Source of the DNA: Myxococcota bacterium
GTDB lineage: Bacteria > Myxococcota_A > UBA796 > CAJQPC01
DNA length: 64,000 bases
Reading direction: 5' to 3'
Assembly (NCBI GenBank): GCA_036012755.1
Contig: DASCPX010000190.1
Coordinates: 89,894 to 153,893, forward strand
Shown here one piece after another: positions 57,133 to 64,000 of the stretch. The translations under genes were made by a program, and so were the position numbers. The notes below the pieces were generated by a model that was given only the letters and a program-made list of their open reading frames with translations, was not told the origin of the DNA and searched no databases. The first letter of the stretch is position 1. Each line of letters starts with the position of its first letter.

Positions 57133-57155
57133 TCTTTCATCACCCTGATCCGAGG

Positions 57156-58106
57156 ATGTCAGGCAAGACGATGCGGACCCTGCTGTTGCTGGTACAGGAG
57201 AACAAGCCAGTCCACGCTGTCAGCGTGGGCGAGCATCCGGTCCAGATCGGGCGCGCACACGCCAACGACCTCGTCCTGGGCGACCCGAGCCTGTCGCGTC
57301 GCCACGCCAGCATCTGGACGCGGGGCGACAAGGTCTGGCTCGCCGATCACGGCTCCACCAACGGGACCTTCGTCAACGACCACGCCGTCAAGGGCGCCGT
57401 CGAGGTCACCGAGCGCGACACGATCCGGCTCGGCAACGGGACCCAGCTCAAGATCAAGCAGCTCCAGGAGGAAGTGGGCGACCTGGGCGTCGACACCGGG
57501 CTCGTGCTGCTCGACGTGGCCAGCGGTGTCCGCCGCAGCCTGCGTGTCGGCACGAACATGCTGGACGGACGCGCCACCCTGGAGGTCGACGCCTCCGGCT
57601 CGAACCCGATCCTCCACATCGGGAAGCGCGAGCGCAGCCTCGAGAGCGAGGTCGACTTCGAGCTCGGCGAGCGGACCTACCGCATCGAGCGCCCCGACCC
57701 GATCGAGGACACGGGCCCGATCAGCGACGAGACGAGCAACGCCTTCGCCTACAAGGTCGCCGCGACGCTCAACGGCGCCAGCGGAGCCGAGGTGCAGGTC
57801 GAGCGCCTGACCGGCGGCGAACCCCACCTGGTCTCGGCCACCCCCGCCGTCCTGCTCTACATCCTCGCGCGAAAGCTGGAGAGGGACATCGAAGACGGCG
57901 TCCGCGCCAGCGTCGCGGGCTGGTGCTCGGACGACGACATCCGCGTCGGCATCTGGGGACGTGACGTAGACAACAGCTCGAACACGCTGAACGTGCTCTT
58001 GTACCGGACCCGCAAGGCGCTCGAGAAGAACGGCTACCACGGCGGCTGCATAGAGAAACGCCGCCGGGCGACGCGGCTCTCGGTCATCGAAGCGAGAACC
58101 TTCTAG
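57156..58106 (+). CDS. FHA-domain protein with C-terminal OmpR-like winged helix
   Basis: FHA IGR...NDLVL.D..LSRRHA...DHGSTNGTFVN; C-terminal LLYILA...SDDDIRVGIWG...NTLNVLLYRTRKAL...IE. Confidence 0.8.
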   Translation: MSGKTMRTLLLLVQENKPVHAVSVGEHPVQIGRAHANDLVLGDPSLSRRHASIWTRGDKVWLADHGSTNGTFVNDHAVKGAVEVTERDTIRLGNGTQLKIKQLQEEVGDLGVDTGLVLLDVASGVRRSLRVGTNMLDGRATLEVDASGSNPILHIGKRERSLESEVDFELGERTYRIERPDPIEDTGPISDETSNAFAYKVAATLNGASGAEVQVERLTGGEPHLVSATPAVLLYILARKLERDIEDGVRASVAGWCSDDDIRVGIWGRDVDNSSNTLNVLLYRTRKALEKNGYHGGCIEKRRRATRLSVIEARTF

Positions 58107-60349
58107 AGCTTCTGCGTCTCCAGGTAGGCCTCCGTCTCGGCGCCGAGCTCGCGACGCGCTCGGTCCAGCTGCTCGAGGCGCGCCCTGCGGGCCTCCTGGT
58201 TGGCCTCCTGGCCGAGGGGGCCGCCCTCCACCTTGTCCTCCAGCACCAGGGCGGCGTCCTTCGGCTTGCCGCCGGAGATGCGCTCGATGCGCCGTCGCTG
58301 GTCAGCCAGGGCGTCGAGCTGGGCGCCCTCGGCGAGCGTGTCGAGGTGTCCGAGCGCGGCCGCCGCGATCCGGGCGTGGATGCCGTCGATGAAGCTCGGG
58401 AAGTCGTCGCGGAGGTGCTCGATGGCCTCGATGAGCCGGGCGCGGTCAGGGGTGCCCCAGAAGGGCCCGCGGAGGCCATTGCCGAGGCGCTCGAGCTGGG
58501 CGGCCCAGCCCTCCAGCTCCTCGAGCTCCACCAGGGCGGCGTCCAGCTGCTCCTCGCTGGCTCGCCCGACGCCGCGGAAGAGGGCCTCGACCCGGGAAAG
58601 GAGCGTGTCGACCTGGGCGAGCAGCAAGGCGGTGGGCAGGCGGTGGAGGCGCTCGATCCGTGGCCTCAGCCGGGGGCTCAGCTCTGCGGCGTGCTCCATG
58701 GCGATCGAGACGTCCTCGAGCTCCGTGAACAAGGTCGCGAGGTGGTCCATCACCGAGGGCGGCACGGGCACCTCTCGAGAGGCCCGCTCGACGAGCTCTG
58801 CCCTGCGGGTCAAGGCGGTGAGCACGTAGCTGCCGGCGTCGTCGAGGAGGTCGCGGATCGGGTCCCTCAGGGCCCCCGCGAATGCGGCGCGCTTGTGGGC
58901 GTCCTTCGGGAAGGTGCGCTCCGCCAGCGCCGTGTACTTCGTCAGCCGCGCCAGGGCGGACAGCGTGAAGCCGACGAGCCCGCACTGCTCGACGTCGTAG
59001 ACGCTGAGCCGCGGGCCGGTCACCGCGCTGTCCGTCGCGACGACGAGCCGCGGTCCGTCCACCGCCGCCGCCAGGATGCGCCCCGCCGGTCGGATGAGGG
59101 GAAAGACGTTCTTGGTGCCAGGAGAACCGATCCACAGCCCCCCGGTCTCCCAGGCGAGGACCCTCACCCGGTCCGGGGCCTCGGCCACGCCGAGGATCTG
59201 GCCCATGATGCCGAACTCGCCGAGGGTCGAAGAGAGGTTGTCGTCGTAGACCGTCACCTTCGCGCCCCGCGCGGCCAGGACCCGACCTCGACCAAGTGAG
59301 AGCTGGCTGATCTGCTCTGACTCGATCTCGGAGAAGCCTGTCATCGAGCGGCCGGCGACCCACCAGGACTTGACCCGCCCGGTGCCCGCCGAGAGCGCCC
59401 GGGCCTTCGCCGGGATCGCGACGCCGACCACCCCGAAGCCGTGGGCCTGGCTCAGCCGCTCGACCTCTGCCGGGCCGAACTCGTCGAGGTTGGCCGGGAC
59501 GCTGAAGCGGTAGAGGCCGCCTTCCCGAGCGCCGGCGAGGATCCAGTCCATCTCGGGCGACAGGGCCACTCCCACCAGGGTCGGCCCGGAGCCCCAGGAT
59601 CCGCGGGAGCAGAGCACCGAGTGGATCCACCCGCTCCCGCGCTTGAGCACGTGCAGCCCGCCGGTCGCCCCGACGACGACGTGGTCGCCGATGCGATCGA
59701 AGGCGTGGCCCTCGCCGTGGGGGATGCGGTGCTCCTCTGCCAGGCGATCCTCTCCCGGGTGCCAGCGCACGAGGTGCTCGCTGCACAGGGTCCAGACCGT
59801 GCCGTCCTCGTCGAAGGCGAGCTGGCGCACGTCCATGCCCACCGGCAGGGAGAAGACGGCCTCTGGCTCCGGCTCGGCCGTGAGCGGGGGGAGCTCGGCG
59901 GCCTCGAGCTCCTTGAGGGCGACCCGGAGATCGTTCTGGCGCCGCTCCATGCTCACACCCTCGAGCACCGCCTGGTGGCGCTCCAACAGCACCTTGGCCT
60001 CCTCCACGGCGACCTCGATCTGCTGGCTGGCCTCGACCAGGGCCTTGGGCTCCCGCCCGGCATGCCGGGCGTCCTCGAGTCTCCGCATGAGCGGCTCGCG
60101 GGTCTTCTGCAGGTGGACCAGGCTGCCCTCGAGACGCTTGATCTCGGCCTTCACGGCGACCTCGAGGGACAGGAGGTTCTCCGGATGCCGGCGGCGCTGC
60201 ACCTCGCGCTTGAGCAGGTTGTCGATGAAGGTCTTCTCGACCTCCTTGTAGAGACCGCAGTTGGGACACCAGGACAGGGAGCTCTCGACGGCGTAGCCAC
60301 ACTCATCGCAAGGTGAGAAGCCGGCCGGGTGCTCGTATGCTGCGCTCAT
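58103..60349 (-). CDS. Zinc ribbon + coiled coil + beta-propeller + helical domain protein
   Basis: GGAG then ATG 60349; CDECG..CPNCG; heptad region; WD-like blades (VALSPEMDWILAGAREGGLYRF); helical C-terminus. Confidence 0.72.
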   Translation of the reverse strand: MSAAYEHPAGFSPCDECGYAVESSLSWCPNCGLYKEVEKTFIDNLLKREVQRRRHPENLLSLEVAVKAEIKRLEGSLVHLQKTREPLMRRLEDARHAGREPKALVEASQQIEVAVEEAKVLLERHQAVLEGVSMERRQNDLRVALKELEAAELPPLTAEPEPEAVFSLPVGMDVRQLAFDEDGTVWTLCSEHLVRWHPGEDRLAEEHRIPHGEGHAFDRIGDHVVVGATGGLHVLKRGSGWIHSVLCSRGSWGSGPTLVGVALSPEMDWILAGAREGGLYRFSVPANLDEFGPAEVERLSQAHGFGVVGVAIPAKARALSAGTGRVKSWWVAGRSMTGFSEIESEQISQLSLGRGRVLAARGAKVTVYDDNLSSTLGEFGIMGQILGVAEAPDRVRVLAWETGGLWIGSPGTKNVFPLIRPAGRILAAAVDGPRLVVATDSAVTGPRLSVYDVEQCGLVGFTLSALARLTKYTALAERTFPKDAHKRAAFAGALRDPIRDLLDDAGSYVLTALTRRAELVERASREVPVPPSVMDHLATLFTELEDVSIAMEHAAELSPRLRPRIERLHRLPTALLLAQVDTLLSRVEALFRGVGRASEEQLDAALVELEELEGWAAQLERLGNGLRGPFWGTPDRARLIEAIEHLRDDFPSFIDGIHARIAAAALGHLDTLAEGAQLDALADQRRRIERISGGKPKDAALVLEDKVEGGPLGQEANQEARRARLEQLDRARRELGAETEAYLETQKL

Positions 60350-60356
60350 ACTCCCC

Positions 60357-60996
60357 TTGATCCTCACCCTGGCTTGCACGTCGGGGCAAGACGACATGCC
60401 TTCTGGCGCCTCCGACCTCGACGGTGACGGCTTCGACGACACAGAAGACTGCAACGACGACGACGACGACATCTACCCCGGCGCGCCCGAGCACTGCGAC
60501 GAGGACTGCGATGACGTCGTGGACGAGGACCCTGTCGATGGCGAGCTTCGCTACCCCGACGCCGACCGTGACGGCTTTGGAGACGAGGCGCTCGGCGACC
60601 CCTACTGCACTACGCCGGTGGGATTGATCGCCCAGGGAGGGGACTGCAACGACCAGGACGAGGCGGTGAATCCCGACGCAGACGAGGTGTGCAACGAGGG
60701 GATCGACGACGACTGCGACGGGGCGACGGACGACGAGGACGACTCCCTGGACCGCGACACCCGCGAGATCTTCTTCGAGGACAGCGACGAAGACGGCTTC
60801 GGAAACCCGCGCCGCACGACCTAGGCATGCGCCCCGCCAGAGGGCTACGTCGACGACGACAGCGACAGCGACTGCGACGACGAGGCGGTGAACCCGGACG
60901 CGGAAGAGGTCTGCGACGACGGCATCGACAACGACTGCGACGACGCAGCCCTGGGTTGTGGGCTGGAGGGGGAGCTGAGCTCGCCAGATGCGACCA
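60357..60996 (+). pseudogene. Lipoprotein with putative metal-binding (MopE-type) DCND...P.A.E.CD repeats; nonsense codon and 3' truncation
   Basis: MILTLAC; three DC(N/D)D...(Y/N)P.A.E.C repeats; in-frame TAG at 60822-60824 inside RRTT*ACAPPEGYV; homology ends at ELSSPDAT. Confidence 0.75.
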
Positions 60997-61186
60997 CCGA
61001 CAGGAAACGCAAGGCCTCGAGCGCTCCTCCGCCAGCGCCGCAGCCCACCTCGAGCACGGCGGAGGCCTCTTGGAGTCGGCTGTTGGCGGCCAGGGTCCGA
61101 GACAGCTGGAGCGTGCTGGCCTCGAAGCGACGCTCGAAGGCAGGGGCGAACTCGTCCCACTTCGCCCGCAGGGTGTCGATGTCCAT
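60997..61186 (-). pseudogene. Class I SAM-dependent methyltransferase, N-terminal fragment only
   Basis: MDIDTLRAKWDEFAPAF...VLEVGCGAG (motif I), then runs into the antisense of the convergent repeat gene after about 63 codons. Confidence 0.7.
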
Positions 61187-61208
61187 GCGGGAGGACTAAC
61201 CTCACCCA

Positions 61209-63566
61209 ATGCTCCTCCTGCTGCTGTCCTGCATCCCCTCCTGTCGCGAGCCCACCGGTACCGGCCCGGGCTTCGCCGACTATCTCGAGGAGTGCCTCGT
61301 CCAGGACGACTGCATGGCAGGGCTCGTCTGCGGCGGCGACGGCCTCTGCCACTACCCGGGCGAGCCCGGAACGGCGGCGGCGGGGGACGAGTGCGTCTCC
61401 ACCACCTTCTGCCAGGCTGGACTCGTCTGCGACTCCAGCGGCACCTGTGCCGAAGACGGTGCCCCCGGGACCGCCGGTCGCGGCGAGGCTTGCGAGACCA
61501 GCGACGACTGCCAGCTCGGCTACACCTGCATCGAAGAGGTCTGCTACGGCTTCGACATCCCCATCTGGCTGGGCGAGGAGTGTCCGGAGGAGGAGGGCGG
61601 CGACTTCAGGGTGCTCTTCGAGATCCCCGGCGACGAGCCGCTGTCCGACTTCTACCGCCTGCCCTTCCCCAACGCGGCCCGGGTCCTGCCCGACGGCGGC
61701 ATCGACCTCTCGGATCACCCGAGCCCCGGCGTGCTCATCGAGGAGCTCGGGGACGTGGTCGGGGACACCCTGGCCGCCACGGCAGAAGACTTCGACGGCT
61801 GGGGCACCAACAGCGCGGTCTTCTTCCGCTTCTCGGCCCGACCGGAGTTCACAACGCTGACGCTCGAGTACGGGTCCCAGCCCGGAAACGTCGGCATCAT
61901 GGACATCACAGAGGGCGCCGACGAGTACGGCGAGCTGCACGCGCCCGCCTTCCGGGCCGACAGCGCCCGGGGCCTGTACATCTGCAACAACTGGATCGCG
62001 GTGCGCCCGAGCAGCGGGTACCCGCTGTCGCCAGGGCACACCTACGCGGTCTACCTGAGGAGCTCCATCACCGCCGCCGACGGCTCGGGGGCCACCACCC
62101 AGGACGACGACTTCGCCGCCATGCTCGCGGAGCAGCCTCCGAGCCAGAACCGGCTCGCTCGCGCCTACGACGACTACGCACCCTTCCGCGACTGGCTCGC
62201 CGCGACGGCCAACCCGGGCAGCGACTACGCCGCCGTCAGCGTCTTCACGGTCCAGGACCCCACAGAGCCGCTCCAGGCCCTGCGCGCTGCCGTCGACGAG
62301 CTCGACGCGCCGCTCCCGCTGGGCCTCCACCTCTGCGAGAACGACACCGGGGAGGGACCCTACGCCTTCGGCGACGACGAGGACTTCGACCGCGGCTGCC
62401 ACGGAGAGGACCCGCTCTTCCACGAGCTGCAGGGCCGGGTGAGCCTCGTCCAGTTCCAGCGCGGCACGGTGCCCTTCAAGGAGGCCGACGACGGCGGCGC
62501 CATCGACTACGCCGACGGCCTCGCCGTGCCCGTGCGCTACGAGGACGTCACCTTCTCCCTCACCGTCCCCATCGGCGAGATGCCAGAGGACGGCTGGCCA
62601 GTCGTGGTCTACGCCCACGGCACCGGCGGCAACTACCGGGCCGGGGTCACCGACGGTACCGCCGCGGACCTCGCCAGCGTCGTCCTCGACGACGGCACGG
62701 AGGTCCAGCTGGCGGTCCTCACGATCGACGCCGTGCTGCACGGGCCGCGCCGGGGCGAGGACAACTGGAAGGACAGCTGGCTCGAGGTAGACCCCGACGC
62801 CTACAGCGCCGATGTGCTCTTCTACAACCCGCTCAACCCACGGGCCGCGCGGGACAACGCGCTCCAGAGTGCCGCTGATCACTGGCAGATCGTCCAGATG
62901 CTCGAGGCCTGGGAGCTGGACGCCGACGACTCCCCCACAGGCGAGGCCGTCGTCCTCGACACCTCCGAGCTCCACTACATGGGTCACAGCCAGGGAGCCA
63001 CGACCGGGCCGATGACCGTGGCCTACGAGCCGGCCTTCCGCTCGGCGCTCCTGAGCGCAGCCGGTGGCCTGCTCATCGAGACGCTGCTCCACAAGACCAG
63101 CGACTACGACATCCCCACGATGATCCAGGTGGGCCTCGCCGACCCGGACGTCGACCGGAGCCACCCCCTGCTCAACATCGTCCAGATGGGCGCGGAGCGG
63201 TCCGACGGCATCAACCACGCCCGGTACCTGCACAGCGAGGACGACTTCAGCGACCCCCAGCACGTGCTGCAGCTCATGGGCATCGGTGACACCTACACCC
63301 CGGACGAAGCCCAGGAGCCCCTGGCCCGGGCCATCGGGGTCCACCAGGTCACCAACGGCTACACGCCCGTCGAAGGCATCACCGAGACCAGCCCTCCGGT
63401 GACCGGCAACCGCCAGGGCACCACCGGGGTCCTCGCCCTCTACACGGCGGAGGGGGACAAGGACGCCCACTTCGTGCTCTTCACCCGCGACGACGCCGAG
63501 CGACAGGCAACCCACTTCCTCGGCACGGCCTATGCCGACGGGACGCCTACGGTCGTGGAGCCCTGA
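61209..63566 (+). CDS. Extracellular alpha/beta hydrolase (lipase-like) lipoprotein with Cys-rich N-terminal repeats
   Basis: MLLLLLSC; three C....DC..GL.C....C repeats; PFPN, DGWGT, PL.PG.TYAV; YAHGTGG, LHGPR, RDNALQ, GHSQG, DTYTP, AHF. Confidence 0.85.
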   Translation: MLLLLLSCIPSCREPTGTGPGFADYLEECLVQDDCMAGLVCGGDGLCHYPGEPGTAAAGDECVSTTFCQAGLVCDSSGTCAEDGAPGTAGRGEACETSDDCQLGYTCIEEVCYGFDIPIWLGEECPEEEGGDFRVLFEIPGDEPLSDFYRLPFPNAARVLPDGGIDLSDHPSPGVLIEELGDVVGDTLAATAEDFDGWGTNSAVFFRFSARPEFTTLTLEYGSQPGNVGIMDITEGADEYGELHAPAFRADSARGLYICNNWIAVRPSSGYPLSPGHTYAVYLRSSITAADGSGATTQDDDFAAMLAEQPPSQNRLARAYDDYAPFRDWLAATANPGSDYAAVSVFTVQDPTEPLQALRAAVDELDAPLPLGLHLCENDTGEGPYAFGDDEDFDRGCHGEDPLFHELQGRVSLVQFQRGTVPFKEADDGGAIDYADGLAVPVRYEDVTFSLTVPIGEMPEDGWPVVVYAHGTGGNYRAGVTDGTAADLASVVLDDGTEVQLAVLTIDAVLHGPRRGEDNWKDSWLEVDPDAYSADVLFYNPLNPRAARDNALQSAADHWQIVQMLEAWELDADDSPTGEAVVLDTSELHYMGHSQGATTGPMTVAYEPAFRSALLSAAGGLLIETLLHKTSDYDIPTMIQVGLADPDVDRSHPLLNIVQMGAERSDGINHARYLHSEDDFSDPQHVLQLMGIGDTYTPDEAQEPLARAIGVHQVTNGYTPVEGITETSPPVTGNRQGTTGVLALYTAEGDKDAHFVLFTRDDAERQATHFLGTAYADGTPTVVEP

Positions 63567-63572
63567 TCGCGC

Positions 63573-63790
63573 CTACTCGTGGTCCTCGACGAGGTAGGCC
63601 GGGCGCCCGCTCGACTTCTCCCAGAGCACCTTCAGGTTCGTGACGGTGAGGTCGGAGTCCATGATCTCGCCCCAGCTCGCTTCGCGCTGACCGGGCTTGA
63701 GCGTGACCCGGTGGTGCTTCACGTGGTCGAACAGGCTGACCACGTTCCAGCCGCCGCCCTCTCCGCTGCCCTTCTCGAAGGACAGGCCAA
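63573..63790 (-). pseudogene. Probable C-terminal gene remnant
   Basis: FEKGSGEGGGWNVVSLFDHVKHHRVTLKPG...YLVEDHE* has host-like codons only below about 63790; no credible start. Confidence 0.35.
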
Positions 63791-63799
63791 GCGGTTCCG

Positions 63800-64000
63800 T
63801 TACGCGTCCTGCGAAGTCCCTTTGGACGCCCGCCACTTCCGCCACCCCTCGATGGCCTCCTCCTTCGACATCGGGCGCGGCGTCTCGTACCGAAGGCTCC
63901 CGTCCGGTTGCAGCGGGTTCCCCAACTCCTTCCACGTCCTCGGCCGCTCGTCGCGGTCGGAACTCGATTTCGGCGTCGAACCAGTCTCGGTAGGTGGCTT
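63800..64000 (-). CDS. 3' end of a gene entering from the right edge (possible frameshift near 63960)
   Basis: Frame ...DRDERPRTWKELGNPLQPDGSLRYETPRPMSKEEAIEGWRKWRASKGTSQDA* with TAA at 63800-63802; the upstream ATYRDWFDAEIEF is in a neighbouring frame. Confidence 0.4.
   Translation of the reverse strand, partial: KPPTETGSTPKSSSDRDERPRTWKELGNPLQPDGSLRYETPRPMSKEEAIEGWRKWRASKGTSQDA

Noticed and set aside
13394..60824. Amber (TAG) recoding to Gln or pyrrolysine, suggested by in-frame TAGs at 13394 and 60822 where Gln would fit
   Set aside because: TAG is the real stop of intact genes here (TBDT after its terminal Phe, tadA, 31536, 46773, 51224). Both loci have other lesions, and CAG to TAG is a simple transition.

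Overview
High-GC (roughly 70% by eye), very densely coded bacterial chromosome segment. It is probably from a Myxococcota-related lineage, judged from a MYXO-CTERM-like sorting tail, DxDGDG/DC(D/N)D acidic Cys repeats, an Oar-like TonB-dependent transporter and many acidic lipoproteins; this is inference only. Housekeeping and RNA genes: RluA-family pseudouridine synthase, SRP RNA (ffs), two tRNA-Ser, tadA, tgt, a CCA-type nucleotidyltransferase, rtcB-rtcA, an XPB helicase, an acyl-CoA ligase and an ECF sigma/anti-sigma operon. No mobile element, CRISPR array or rRNA was seen. Main observations: (1) about 13 predicted lipoproteins have ultra-short signal peptides (Cys at residue 7-11, no basic n-region); (2) about 10 genes have a TANNNT box 5-7 nt before the start codon, suggesting leaderless mRNAs; (3) a 72-aa protein coupled to XPB resembles eukaryotic TFIIH p8/Tfb5; (4) a three-gene MoxR-type AAA+/HExxH-vWA-like/orphan operon has degenerate catalytic motifs; (5) a GNAT-radical SAM-NTP transferase-CDP-alcohol phosphotransferase operon has a lesion in every gene; (6) several deletion junctions splice unrelated genes together, which is either genome erosion or assembly artefact. 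All calls come from reading motifs by eye; no searches were run.
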